DNA of 42,828 nucleotides from an uncultured Pelagibacteraceae bacterium (GCA_902602575.1 CACKRX010000001.1:1-42828); one strand, 5' to 3'; counted from the stretch's first letter, positions 1-9,902 are shown. Program-made: numbers and translations. The notes: generated by a model not told the origin, from the letters alone.

Positions 1-504
1 ATAATCTAGTAATTCAGTTTTTTTGTCTACATCATATGCAATAGCATTAAACCATTTTCCAGAAACAGAAGCTTTTGATCCGTGAGTAAGGTGACCACCA
101 GAATTTAAACTCATTCCCATTATAGTGTCGCCAGGTTTTAATAATGCTAAGAAGACTGCACCATTAGCTTGAGCTCCAGAATGAGGTTGACTGTTAGCAA
201 ATTTACAATTAAATAATTTTTTTAATCTTTCGTTAGCTAGGTTTTCAGCTACATCAACGTGATCACAACCGTTATAATATCTTTTTCCAGGATAACCTTC
301 AGCATACTTATTTGTTAATACAGATCCTTGAGCCTCTAGAAGAGCATTAGAAACAATATTTTCAGACGCAATTAATTCTATATGCTGTTGTTGTCTCGCT
401 AATTCATCATTAATAGCTTTATATATTTCTGGGTCAGTATCAGACAAGTTTTTTTCAAAAAAGTTTTGATACTCTATATTTGTGTATTTACCTTCACTAG
501 ACAT
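1..504 (-). CDS. glyA: Serine hydroxymethyltransferase, 5' part (runs off the left window edge)
   Basis: Manual translation from ATG at 504: [52 protein letters not shown]...[18 protein letters not shown]...QPHSGAQAN...GGHLTHG, the SHMT signature motifs. Not in the ORF track because it is truncated. Confidence 0.97.
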   Translation of the reverse strand, partial: MSSEGKYTNIEYQNFFEKNLSDTDPEIYKAINDELARQQQHIELIASENIVSNALLEAQGSVLTNKYAEGYPGKRYYNGCDHVDVAENLANERLKKLFNCKFANSQPHSGAQANGAVFLALLKPGDTIMGMSLNSGGHLTHGSKASVSGKWFNAIAYDVDKKTELLDY

Positions 505-507
505 AAT

Positions 508-936
508 TTATTTTATTTTTTTTACCCTTCTCAAGTGTCTACCACTTTCGAATCTAGTTTTCAAAAAAATATTAACACAATTTAAAGCTAATTTTGCGCT
601 AATAAGTCTCGATCCTAAAGCAATTATGTTGGCATCATTATGTAACCTCGATAATTTGGTATTTTTAATGTTATAACACAATGCAGCTCTAATATTCTTT
701 ACTTTATTTGCTGACATTGACATTCCAACGCCAGAGCCGCAAACTAATATGCCACGATTGTTTTTATTTCTTGCAACGGCCTTTGCTAATTTTTTTGCAA
801 AATCTGGATAATCTACAGAATTATCATTGCTTGGCCCTAAGTCGAAGATTTTTAATTTTTTCTTTTTTAAAAAAGATTTTATTTTTTCTTTAAGTTTAAA
901 TCCAGCGTGATCTGAAGATATATAAATTTTATTCAA
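508..936 (-). CDS. rpiB: Ribose-5-phosphate isomerase B
   Basis: SDHAG, SVDYPD, GILVCGSGVGMS, ANK, HNDAN and GRHLRRV motifs. Start moved from 969 to the TTG at 936 (MNKIYISSDHAG), 1 nt after the upstream stop. Confidence 0.93.
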   Translation of the reverse strand: MNKIYISSDHAGFKLKEKIKSFLKKKKLKIFDLGPSNDNSVDYPDFAKKLAKAVARNKNNRGILVCGSGVGMSMSANKVKNIRAALCYNIKNTKLSRLHNDANIIALGSRLISAKLALNCVNIFLKTRFESGRHLRRVKKIK

Positions 937-937
937 A

Positions 938-1528
938 TTAATTAAATTTGTAATCAAGTACACAAGCAACTAGATGAATTCTATTTTCTTCACCCCCATT
1001 AAATGCATTGTGATACTTTCTATTATTTGTAATCCAAACTGATCCATCAGCAGGCATATGCTTAGCTACATTATCAATTACCATTATACATCCTGGGTTT
1101 GTAATAATTGGAATGTGTAGTCTAGGCTCTGGATCACGATGCCAACTTAAAGTAGATCTTGGTTCCTTCAATAATAATCTTACTCTACCTAATTTATATT
1201 TCTTTGATAATTCTTCGTAAACTGTTTTAAAATAAGTATCTTTATATTCATCTATGAACTGTGTGTACTTACCTTCGTCAATCATTTTATCCCTTGAAAC
1301 TTCTTTTCCATCACTGCTTGGTTTTGTCCAAAATACTCCACGAACATTATTTCCTTTAATAGATTCAGGATCACCAGGTATTTGATTTAATGAAATTCCT
1401 GCAAAGTGAGGTATTCCAAGACTTGTGTCAAAACCTTTCATGTTTAAAACTCTTGTGCAGGCTTCACGAAGTTTAGCAATATCAAATTTGATATCTTGTA
1501 TTTGAAAATCGTTAAATGATAGAGACAT
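938..1528 (-). CDS. Aspartyl/asparaginyl beta-hydroxylase-like 2OG-Fe(II) oxygenase domain protein, substrate unknown
   Basis: HxD...H facial triad and 2OG-binding Arg: RVRLL...SWHRDPEPRLHIPIITNP...VWITNNRKYHNAFNGGEENRIHLV. Confidence 0.75.
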   Translation of the reverse strand: MSLSFNDFQIQDIKFDIAKLREACTRVLNMKGFDTSLGIPHFAGISLNQIPGDPESIKGNNVRGVFWTKPSSDGKEVSRDKMIDEGKYTQFIDEYKDTYFKTVYEELSKKYKLGRVRLLLKEPRSTLSWHRDPEPRLHIPIITNPGCIMVIDNVAKHMPADGSVWITNNRKYHNAFNGGEENRIHLVACVLDYKFN

Positions 1529-1603
1529 TTTATAACTTTTTTATTAATAGCTTATAAACTAATTTTATATATATTACTATTGTCGCATTAAAAAACATTG
1601 AGA

Positions 1604-2599
1604 ATGATTATCACTGGTAAATACCCCAAATTAAGAATGAGAAGATCAAGGAAAACTGATTGGATGAGAAGATTAGTTAGAGAGAACTCTCTTTCAAGTA
1701 ATGATTTTATATTACCAATTTTCGTAACAGATGGAAAAAATAAAAAGATTCCAATAAAAACTATGCCTGAAGTTTACAGATATAGTGAAGATAAACTTAG
1801 TCAAATTGTTGATAGAGCTCTAAAACTAAAAATTCCGATGGTAGCAATTTTCCCTCAAACCAATAGCGGTTTAAAAGACTCTTACGGTAACGAAGCTTTA
1901 AATGAAAACAACTTAGTCTGTAAGGCTATTAGAAAAATTAAAGATAGATATAAAAATGAAATTGGTATAATGACAGATGTTGCTTTAGATCCTTACACCT
2001 CACACGGACACGACGGAATTTTGAGAGATAAAAAAATTCTTAATGATGAAACGATTGAAATATTAATTCAACAATCACTGTTACAAGCTCAAATGGGTAG
2101 TGACGTTATTGCCCCATCAGATATGATGGATGGACGTATTGGTGAGATAAGACAAGAACTCGATAATAATTCTCTTGAAGACATAAAAATATTATCTTAC
2201 GCAGTAAAATACGCATCTTCCTTTTACGGTCCTTTTAGAGATGCAGTCGGATCAAAAAAATCTTTAAAAGGTGACAAAAAAACATATCAGATGGACTTCA
2301 GTAATTCCGAAGAAGCTTTAAGAGAAGTGGCATTAGATATTAAAGAAGGAGCAGATCTTGTAATGGTGAAACCCGGTCTTCCCTACCTAGATATAATAAA
2401 AAAAGTGAAAGAAAATTTCAAAATACCAGTTTTGGCTTATCAGGTTTCAGGTGAATATAGCTTGTTGATGAACGGTATTAATAAGGGATTAATAAATGAA
2501 AACTCCATTTATGAAACACTTATGTCATTTAAAAGAGCTGGTGCTAATGCAATTATTTCATATTTTGCAGATAGAATAGATAAAATAATTAAAAATTAA
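1604..2599 (+). CDS. hemB: Porphobilinogen synthase (delta-aminolevulinate dehydratase), Asp-type metal site
   Basis: DVALDPYTSHGHDG, APSDMMDGRI, YASSFYGPFRDA, MVKPG, AYQVSGEY. ATG at 1604 preferred over TTG at 1598. Confidence 0.97.
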   Translation: MIITGKYPKLRMRRSRKTDWMRRLVRENSLSSNDFILPIFVTDGKNKKIPIKTMPEVYRYSEDKLSQIVDRALKLKIPMVAIFPQTNSGLKDSYGNEALNENNLVCKAIRKIKDRYKNEIGIMTDVALDPYTSHGHDGILRDKKILNDETIEILIQQSLLQAQMGSDVIAPSDMMDGRIGEIRQELDNNSLEDIKILSYAVKYASSFYGPFRDAVGSKKSLKGDKKTYQMDFSNSEEALREVALDIKEGADLVMVKPGLPYLDIIKKVKENFKIPVLAYQVSGEYSLLMNGINKGLINENSIYETLMSFKRAGANAIISYFADRIDKIIKN

Positions 2600-3276
2600 G
2601 ATTTAAAATCGTCTATAAATTTTTTTCTTTGATAAGGAAAATTAATACTGTTAGGTAAAAAAAGATTTGTTTGTAAATATTCACTGATTAGATTCAATCC
2701 ATCTATAATATCTTGATTATTTACATTGTCTTCTTCCGTGGAAATAAGAAAGTCAGGTACCTTAATTCGTTTTAAGTTGGTGTTAATATAAAATTCATCT
2801 TTTCCATTGTTTTCTTTTTTTGCATATTTTTTTATATCCAAGTCAAAACCAATTAATCTTAAAAAATCAAGTTCCCAAAAGATATAACTAACATACCAAT
2901 TATCCTCTTTTAGAATTGAAAACAACTTATGAACCAACTCATAGATTGATATATTCTCTTGATTTTCTACGGTTAGTAATTTTACTAAATTTAATGCTGC
3001 ATTAATGCAATACATAGATCTTTTTTGAGAAAAAAAAATTGGAGTATTTACTTTTAGTATTTCAACTTTAAAATAACCAAAACTGTCATTACTTTTTGAG
3101 TTATAATTTAGATGAAGCTCATTACCGATTTGTAAATAATTTTTAATTTTTTTCGAGGACGCACCAAAAATAATTCCAGAACATTTTCCATGATTTTTAG
3201 TATAAAAATTAACAATAATAGAATTTTCTTGAAATTTATTCTTTGATAATAAAATACCTTTGTCTGTCCAGTTCAT
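2596..3276 (-). CDS. recO: DNA repair protein RecO
   Basis: N-terminal OB-fold pattern MNWTDKGILLS...ENSIIV.FYTKNHGK, WELDFLRLIGF; position downstream of rnc. Confidence 0.85.
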   Translation of the reverse strand: MNWTDKGILLSKNKFQENSIIVNFYTKNHGKCSGIIFGASSKKIKNYLQIGNELHLNYNSKSNDSFGYFKVEILKVNTPIFFSQKRSMYCINAALNLVKLLTVENQENISIYELVHKLFSILKEDNWYVSYIFWELDFLRLIGFDLDIKKYAKKENNGKDEFYINTNLKRIKVPDFLISTEEDNVNNQDIIDGLNLISEYLQTNLFLPNSINFPYQRKKFIDDFKS

Positions 3277-3935
3277 TTTTTAAAAGTATCCAATAATTTT
3301 AAAGCAGCTTTTTGTTCAGCCTCCTTCTTAGAATTACCAAATCCCAAATATTTTTTTGAATCTTTTATCTTTACTGAAACTTTTATAACAGGTTTATGTC
3401 TTGGCCCCTTATTTTCTATAACTTTATATATTGGAAGAGTTTTATGTAATTTAAGAGAATATTCTTGAAGCATTGTTTTTGGATCTCGGTAAATTGTCAG
3501 TTTTTTGTTTAAAAATCCCTTCCAATAATTTAAAATGAATTTTTCGGTTACTTCTAGTCCTTGATCTAGATACAAAGCACCTACAATAGACTCAACAGTA
3601 TCTGCTAAAATCTTATTCTCTATTTTCGAATTATCTTTATTATCGCCTACTAAAACATAATCTTTTAAAGATAAAAAATTGGAAATTTCTACACATCTTT
3701 TCTTATTTACTAAAGATGCTAACTTTTTATCTAGATCACCCTCTTTATCATTTGGAAATAATTTATATAAATTTTTTGATATAACTAATCCTAAAACTCT
3801 ATCCCCTAAAAATTCTAGTTTTTCATTGTTATTTAACGGGTTATTGCTTTTATGTGTCAGGCTTTGAAGTAAAAGATTTTGATTTTTAAATTTAATACCT
3901 ATAATTTTTTCAAAAGAACTTATATTTTTTTTCAT
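3273..3935 (-). CDS. rnc: Ribonuclease III
   Basis: LTHKS, NEKLEFLGDRVLGL, ADTVESIVGALYLD; dsRBD DPKTMLQE...GNSKKEAEQKAA. Confidence 0.97.
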   Translation of the reverse strand: MKKNISSFEKIIGIKFKNQNLLLQSLTHKSNNPLNNNEKLEFLGDRVLGLVISKNLYKLFPNDKEGDLDKKLASLVNKKRCVEISNFLSLKDYVLVGDNKDNSKIENKILADTVESIVGALYLDQGLEVTEKFILNYWKGFLNKKLTIYRDPKTMLQEYSLKLHKTLPIYKVIENKGPRHKPVIKVSVKIKDSKKYLGFGNSKKEAEQKAALKLLDTFKK

Positions 3936-4660
3936 TATTTTATTTTTTTAAATAGTCTGTCTAATCTAAAACTTTTATACCATTTCCAAAACTCAATAAA
4001 TCTTCCTATTTTTTTGTCTGTTGAAAAAAAGATAAATCTGGCTTTACCGACTATATTATCGCGGTGTACATAACCAACGCTTGTTAAAAAACGACTATCC
4101 TTTGAACAATCTCTATTATCTCCTAAAAAAAAATAATGATTATCAGGTACAACAAATTCATCTGAGTTTTGATAAGATCCAAAATTATTATAGGCAGTAA
4201 GATATTTATTATTTTCTATTTTTTCTTCAAAAAGATTTGTTTTTAAAACTTCACCACCGCAATATATTTCTATTTTTGATTTTACTTTTGATTTAAGAAT
4301 TTCGGCATCGTTTAGATATAGGTTACCGTCTATAAATTGAATCTTATCTCCAGGTCTACCTATAAGCCTTTTAATATAATCAGTTCTATTATCAGAAGGG
4401 GTCTTAAACACAATAATATCCCCTCTTTCTGGCTCATTAAAAAAAATACGATTTTTGATGGGTCCTAAACTAAATGGAAATGAATGCTTACTATATCCAT
4501 AAGTATATTTAGTTACAAAAATCCTGTCTCCAACAAGCAGAGTAGGCTCCATTGATGATGATGGAATATAAAAAGGTTGAATTAATAAAGACCTAATTAT
4601 TATAGCAATTACTAAAGCATAAAAAATAGTTTTAATATTGTCTATAATTTTTTGTTTCAT
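3935..4660 (-). CDS. lepB: Signal peptidase I
   Basis: PFYIPSSSMEPTL (catalytic Ser), DYIKRLIG (catalytic Lys), GDNRDCSKDSR. Confidence 0.97.
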   Translation of the reverse strand: MKQKIIDNIKTIFYALVIAIIIRSLLIQPFYIPSSSMEPTLLVGDRIFVTKYTYGYSKHSFPFSLGPIKNRIFFNEPERGDIIVFKTPSDNRTDYIKRLIGRPGDKIQFIDGNLYLNDAEILKSKVKSKIEIYCGGEVLKTNLFEEKIENNKYLTAYNNFGSYQNSDEFVVPDNHYFFLGDNRDCSKDSRFLTSVGYVHRDNIVGKARFIFFSTDKKIGRFIEFWKWYKSFRLDRLFKKIK

Positions 4661-5052
4661 TTAATCTTTTGAGTTATAACGTATGCAACTGAATATTCTC
4701 TTTCATCTGATAATGACAGAAAAATTTTAATTTTTTTCAAATTAAGTTTTTTTTTTAATATATCTTTTAAGTTATTACTTAAAGTAAGGTAAGGTTTACC
4801 ACTTTTTTTTTTTGAAATATTTATATCTTTAAAATTGATATTATAAGTAAAACCAGTACCAAGAGATTTTACAAAAGCTTCCTTAGCAGCGAATCTTTTT
4901 GAAAAAAACAAAACTTTCTGTTTAGTTTTTTTTGAGCTTTTTATTTCACTAATTGTGAATATTCTATTTATGAATTTTTTGTTTTTAATAAGTTTTTTTA
5001 TTCGACTATTTTTAACAATGTCTGTCCCTATACCAAAAATATTCAAAGTCAT
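4657..5052 (-). CDS. acpS: Holo-[acyl-carrier-protein] synthase
   Basis: GIGTDIV, RFAAKEAFVKSLGTG, GKP, LSLSDE. Confidence 0.95.
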   Translation of the reverse strand: MTLNIFGIGTDIVKNSRIKKLIKNKKFINRIFTISEIKSSKKTKQKVLFFSKRFAAKEAFVKSLGTGFTYNINFKDINISKKKSGKPYLTLSNNLKDILKKKLNLKKIKIFLSLSDEREYSVAYVITQKIK

Positions 5053-5762
5053 TTTACAATTTTTTTGAATTTTTTTATAATATTAGGCATACCAGACTCT
5101 AAACTTTCCCCTATGATAAAGTGACCAATATTAAATTCCTTTATGTAAGAGATTTTTCTTAAAATTTTTGTTGTTTTGTAATCTAAGCCGTGTCCTGCGT
5201 GTACTTCAATGCCATGTTCAAATGCTAACTTACTTGCCTCTTTAATTCGCTTTAGTTCCTTTGAAAATTTTGCACCTTTTTTAACTAAAATTGATATTTT
5301 TCCTGTGTGTAGTTCAACACATTTTGTTCCTATCTTTTTTGATATTTCGATATTTTGATTTGAAGGATCTATAAATAAACTTGTTCTGATTTTCGCTTTA
5401 TTAAGTCTGGATATTATTTTTTTCAAATTCTTAAAATTTTTTTTTAAATTTATTCCTCCTTCTGTAGTAATTTCTTTTCTTTTTTCCGGTACTATACAAA
5501 CATAATTTGGCATATTTTTAAGAGCAATTTTTAACATTTTATTATTACATGCCATTTCTAAGTTTAACTTAAATCTTTTTTTACAAAGTTTTTTTAAATC
5601 TGAATCTTTAATATGTCTTCTGTCTTCTCTTAAATGAACTGTAATAGAGTTTGCTCCTGAATTAATTGCAATATTTGCAAATTTTAAAATATTCGGATGA
5701 TTTTCTCCCCTGGCATTTCTTAAAGTAGCTACATGATCTATGTTAACACCGAGTTTAGACAT
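5049..5762 (-). CDS. pdxJ: Pyridoxine 5'-phosphate synthase
   Basis: LGVNIDHVATLRNAR, TVHLREDRRHI, VPEKRKEITTEGG, HAGHGL, NIGH. Confidence 0.97.
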   Translation of the reverse strand: MSKLGVNIDHVATLRNARGENHPNILKFANIAINSGANSITVHLREDRRHIKDSDLKKLCKKRFKLNLEMACNNKMLKIALKNMPNYVCIVPEKRKEITTEGGINLKKNFKNLKKIISRLNKAKIRTSLFIDPSNQNIEISKKIGTKCVELHTGKISILVKKGAKFSKELKRIKEASKLAFEHGIEVHAGHGLDYKTTKILRKISYIKEFNIGHFIIGESLESGMPNIIKKFKKIVK

Positions 5763-6343
5763 TATTTTAAATATCTACTTCCTGGTTTTGTAATTTGGAT
5801 ATTCTTTAAATTAGTTGGTAATTTATTTTTCTTATAAACAGGAATATCTAGTTTTACTTGAGATATAATTTTTTTAGACATTTTTAATTTATTAGATCTG
5901 TCTATTAGGCAAGCAATTCCAACAAACTTTCCACCAAATTTTTTAATTAATCTTACACACTCCAAAGAAGATTTTCCCGTAGTAATTACGTCTTCAACGA
6001 TTAATATTTTGGCTTTTTTTTTGATATTAAACCCTCTTCTAAGTTTAAATTTTTTATCTACCCTTTCACAAAAAATAGTCTCTTTTTTTAAAAGTCTTCC
6101 TATCTCATAACCAATAATAACGCCTCCCATTGCTGGAGACAGAATGATATCAAAACTTTTAATATTTCGTTTTATTTTATTTGCCAAAGAACTTATAAAT
6201 TTTTTAGCTTGATTTGGCTTACTCAAAAGCTTAGCGCACTGAACATATTGTGGAGAATGTAGACCAGATGAAAGTACGAAGTGTCCCTCTAAGAGAGCAT
6301 CAGTTTTTTTTAAAACCGCCAAAGAATTTTTTAAAGAAAGCAT
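5762..6343 (-). CDS. pyrE: Orotate phosphoribosyltransferase
   Basis: GHFVLSSGLHS, PAMGG, PRPP motif IVEDVITTGKS, KPGSR. Confidence 0.95.
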   Translation of the reverse strand: MLSLKNSLAVLKKTDALLEGHFVLSSGLHSPQYVQCAKLLSKPNQAKKFISSLANKIKRNIKSFDIILSPAMGGVIIGYEIGRLLKKETIFCERVDKKFKLRRGFNIKKKAKILIVEDVITTGKSSLECVRLIKKFGGKFVGIACLIDRSNKLKMSKKIISQVKLDIPVYKKNKLPTNLKNIQITKPGSRYLK

Positions 6344-8042
6344 ATTTTTTGTTTTTGTGTCTAATAATTTTAAATTTATACTCTCTTTGTTTTAACTCAC
6401 TTATTAATTTTGTAAAGTTTTTGAGATCAGAAATAATAAGATTAAATCTAAAATTAATAGAGGTTTTAGTTTTTTCTACCATTTCAACACTAGAAATATT
6501 TACATGATTTTCTCCAATCATAGTAGTCACTGTTCCAAGAACACCTGGTTTATCAGGTAACGAGATCCAAAGTGTAGTATTATATCTTTTATCAATTGGT
6601 TTAGAATTTTCTCTATATTGCCAATATCTCCGTATTGCAGCTCTTGCTTTACCTGTTTTTGTAGAGCTCAACCAATGTAAGGATGGTGACTCTTTCTTTG
6701 ATGTTATTATCTTAACTACATCACCATTTCTAAGAATACTCTGTAAATGACTGTCCTTACCATTTATTTCTGATCCAATGGCAGTATCTCCAATTTGTGT
6801 ATGTACAGCATACGCAAAATCTATGGGAGTAGCATCTTTTGGAAGTTTAATTACAGATCCCTTTGGAGTGAAGCAAAATACATTTTCTTGAAACATTTGA
6901 AGTCTAGTATATTCATAAAAATCCTCAGGATTTTCGTTTCTCTCAATAATTTCAACTAAGTCTTTCAACCAATCGTATTCTTTCCAAGTTAAAGAATTAA
7001 ATTTTTCAGAAGATTTATATTTCCAGTGAGAAGCAATGCCTCTTTGGGCGTATTCATGCATCTGCATTGTTCTTAACTGAATTTCAATGGGTCTTTTGTT
7101 AGGTCCAATTATAGCGGTATGTAGTGATTGGTATTTGTTTATTTTAGGAGATGAAATATAGTCTTTAAATCTTCCCGGTATACAATTCCACTTTTTATGA
7201 AACACACCCAAAGTCTTATAACAATCAGACACATCGTCAACAATCACTCTAAATCCAATTATATCTGTGATTTGCTCTAGTGATGTCCTTTTTTTTTGAA
7301 TTTTTCTCCAAATAGAAAAAGGTGTTTTCTCTCTACCAAATATTTTAACATTTAATCCTTCAGTTTTTAAAATTTTTTGAAACTCCTCAGAGATCATATT
7401 AAAATTTGAAATATTATTTTCTTTTATTTCATCCAGTCTTTTCTTAACAAGAGATCTTGCTTCAGGGTTTAAAATTTCAAAAGAAAGATCTTCCAACTCA
7501 TCTCTAATTCTATTCATTCCCATTCTGTCAGCTAAAGGAGCATATATTTCCATTGTTTCTTTGGCTTTTCTAATTTGTTTTTCTTTAAGTTTTACAAACT
7601 TAATTGTTCTCATGTTGTGAAGTCTGTCAGCTAACTTTACGAGAAGAACTCTAATATCTTTTGATGTTGCTATGATTAATTTTCTAAAATTCTCTGCTTT
7701 TGAATCTTGTGCTGCTTGATTTTCAAATGCAGAAATTTTTGTTACTCCTTCTACTAAATCAGCAACTTCTTGACCAAATTCTTCCTTGATAGTTTTATAA
7801 GTAGCTCTAGTATCCTCAATCGTATCGTGTAATAATCCAGTTGCAATAGTTGCACTATCAAGTTTTAAATCTGAAAGAATATTGGCTACAGCTATTGGGT
7901 GTATGATATATGGCACACCTTCATCCCTTTTTTGTTTCTTGTGAGCCTCAAGAGCAAAATTGTAAGCTTTAGTTAAAGTAGTTGGGTTTAAAAACTTATT
8001 ATATTCTCTTACCTTATTTATTAATTCTTCAGATTTAAGCAT
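6300..8042 (-). CDS. spoT: Bifunctional (p)ppGpp synthetase/hydrolase (long RSH, shortened C-terminus)
   Basis: HD domain (PYIIHP, LLHDTIEDT, KLADRLHNMRT), synthetase (GREK, RFKDYI, YQSLHT, EIQLRT), TGS (FTPKG, DFAYAVHT), ACT (DKPGVL). Confidence 0.93.
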   Translation of the reverse strand: MLKSEELINKVREYNKFLNPTTLTKAYNFALEAHKKQKRDEGVPYIIHPIAVANILSDLKLDSATIATGLLHDTIEDTRATYKTIKEEFGQEVADLVEGVTKISAFENQAAQDSKAENFRKLIIATSKDIRVLLVKLADRLHNMRTIKFVKLKEKQIRKAKETMEIYAPLADRMGMNRIRDELEDLSFEILNPEARSLVKKRLDEIKENNISNFNMISEEFQKILKTEGLNVKIFGREKTPFSIWRKIQKKRTSLEQITDIIGFRVIVDDVSDCYKTLGVFHKKWNCIPGRFKDYISSPKINKYQSLHTAIIGPNKRPIEIQLRTMQMHEYAQRGIASHWKYKSSEKFNSLTWKEYDWLKDLVEIIERNENPEDFYEYTRLQMFQENVFCFTPKGSVIKLPKDATPIDFAYAVHTQIGDTAIGSEINGKDSHLQSILRNGDVVKIITSKKESPSLHWLSSTKTGKARAAIRRYWQYRENSKPIDKRYNTTLWISLPDKPGVLGTVTTMIGENHVNISSVEMVEKTKTSINFRFNLIISDLKNFTKLISELKQREYKFKIIRHKNKKYAFFKKFFGGFKKN

Positions 8043-8586
8043 AATTAATTATACCATTAGTTTGATAAATCCTTATATCAGTAATTGATTTGGAGCTTAA
8101 TTTTTTTATTAAAATATCTATTTTTTGCTTACTTTTTGGATGTATCCAGTTTTTTTTTATTTCATATAATGGAATTAAAGTAAAATTTCTCTCATGCATT
8201 CTTGGATGTGGAGTAATAATTTTTTTTCCATTATGTACGATATTTTTACAAGAATTGTTGAAATCAATAATATCAATATCACAAGTTCGTGGTGCATTTT
8301 TAATATTTTTTTTTCTCCCTAATAAAATCTCTATTCTTTTAATTTTTTCAAACAAATCGATTATTGTTAACTTTGTTTTACATTCAATAATCGAATTTAA
8401 AAATTTGGGATTTGATTTATCTGGCCACGACGGCGTTTCATAAAGTTTTGAAATTTTAAGAAAGTAACAAAAATGAGATAAATAAAACTTTGTTTTCTCA
8501 ATGTTATCAACCCTATTTCCTAAGTTTGAGCCTAATGCCAGTATAATTTTATTATGATGATTTTCTGAAATATCTTGCTTTATCAC
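8035..8586 (-). CDS. folK: 2-amino-4-hydroxy-6-hydroxymethyldihydropteridine diphosphokinase
   Basis: [33 protein letters not shown]. Start moved to the in-frame GTG at 8586; the track's 8730 start lies deep inside smpB. Confidence 0.92.
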   Translation of the reverse strand: MIKQDISENHHNKIILALGSNLGNRVDNIEKTKFYLSHFCYFLKISKLYETPSWPDKSNPKFLNSIIECKTKLTIIDLFEKIKRIEILLGRKKNIKNAPRTCDIDIIDFNNSCKNIVHNGKKIITPHPRMHERNFTLIPLYEIKKNWIHPKSKQKIDILIKKLSSKSITDIRIYQTNGIINYA

Positions 8587-9019
8587 GGTTCCAGTCCCTT
8601 GTTTTTTTTGTTTGTCTTTTGTCAAATCTTTTTTTACCTTTTGCGACGGCAATCTCCAACTTTGCTCTCCCTTTTTTAAAATACATTTTAAGAGGAATAA
8701 GTGACAATCCATCTCTATTAACTTTACCAATTAATTTTTTTATCTCTCTTTTATTTAACAACAGCTTTCTCTCTTCTCTAGGATTATGGTTAGTAAAACT
8801 TGCCTCTTTATAAATTGGTATGTGTGAATTTACTAAAAAAAACTCACCATCTTTTTCAATAGCATAAGACTCTGCTATATTTACTTTTCCTGCTCTTACA
8901 GACTTAATCTCAGATCCTTTTAATACAATTCCTGCCTCTAAAATTTCTTGGAAAAAAAAATCAAAGGATGCTTTTCTATTTAAACAAATTATTTTGTGTC
9001 CAGGTTCTTTTTTTACCAT
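8552..9019 (-). CDS. smpB: SsrA-binding protein
   Basis: [33 protein letters not shown]. Confidence 0.97.
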   Translation of the reverse strand: MVKKEPGHKIICLNRKASFDFFFQEILEAGIVLKGSEIKSVRAGKVNIAESYAIEKDGEFFLVNSHIPIYKEASFTNHNPREERKLLLNKREIKKLIGKVNRDGLSLIPLKMYFKKGRAKLEIAVAKGKKRFDKRQTKKTRDWNRDKARYFRKSS

Positions 9020-9020
9020 G

Positions 9021-9902
9021 CTACAATAATTTTGCAGACAATAATGCTTCTTTTACTTTTTCCTTAGTAGATTCTTGTATTTTAACTAATGGCAGTCTAA
9101 CATCATCACTGCATAGACCTAAAAGTTTAGCTGCATATTTTGCAGGTGCTGGATTGCTTTCTATAAATAGAGCTTTATGAAGTGGTTGAAGCAAAGCATT
9201 AATTCTTTCAGCCTCTTTAATTTCATTATCAGAATTTGATTTTGAAAATTTTTGAAAATCTGAACATAACTTTGGTGCTATATTTGCTGTAACTGAAATT
9301 ATACCAACCCCTCCTCTTTTATTAAATTCAAAAGCAAGACCATCTTCACCAGTTAGCTGAATAAAATCAGGGCCCAATTTTTTTAAAGTTTGATCAAGTC
9401 TATTTAGGTCTCCTGTCGCATCTTTTACACCTGCGATATTCTTAAGTTCATAAAGTCTTGCCATTGTATCAACTGACATATCAATAACGCAACGACTTGG
9501 AATATTATAAATAATAATTGGCAAGCTTGTATTATCATTAATTGATTTATAGTGTTGATATAAACCCTCTTGTGTTGGTTTGTTGTAATATGGAGTAACT
9601 ACAAGTACGCCATCTGCTCCTGCCTTTTCTGCGTGCTTTGTTAGGGCTACAGCTTCAGTTGTAGAATTTGATCCAGTGCCTGCAATTACCGGAATTTTGC
9701 CTTTTGCTTCTTTAATACAAAGCTCAATGACTTTTTCATGCTCTTCATGGCTCAATGTGGGCGATTCACCAGTTGTTCCTGCAGGAACTAAACCATTTGT
9801 TCCATTTTCAATATGAAAATTAATTAGTTTGATATAACAATCTTCGTCTAATTTATTATTCTTAAACGGAGTTAATAACGCAACATTTGATCCTTTAAAC
9901 AT
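9021..9902 (-). CDS. dapA: 4-hydroxy-tetrahydrodipicolinate synthase
   Basis: [42 protein letters not shown]. Confidence 0.97.
   Translation of the reverse strand: MFKGSNVALLTPFKNNKLDEDCYIKLINFHIENGTNGLVPAGTTGESPTLSHEEHEKVIELCIKEAKGKIPVIAGTGSNSTTEAVALTKHAEKAGADGVLVVTPYYNKPTQEGLYQHYKSINDNTSLPIIIYNIPSRCVIDMSVDTMARLYELKNIAGVKDATGDLNRLDQTLKKLGPDFIQLTGEDGLAFEFNKRGGVGIISVTANIAPKLCSDFQKFSKSNSDNEIKEAERINALLQPLHKALFIESNPAPAKYAAKLLGLCSDDVRLPLVKIQESTKEKVKEALLSAKLL

Noticed and set aside
8587-8730. N-terminal extension of FolK in the ORF track (similar extensions for RpiB 937-969, PyrB 25680-25718 and RluC 37499-37588)
   Set aside because: Longest-ORF artefacts that overlap upstream genes or promoter space; in-frame downstream starts give typical protein lengths.
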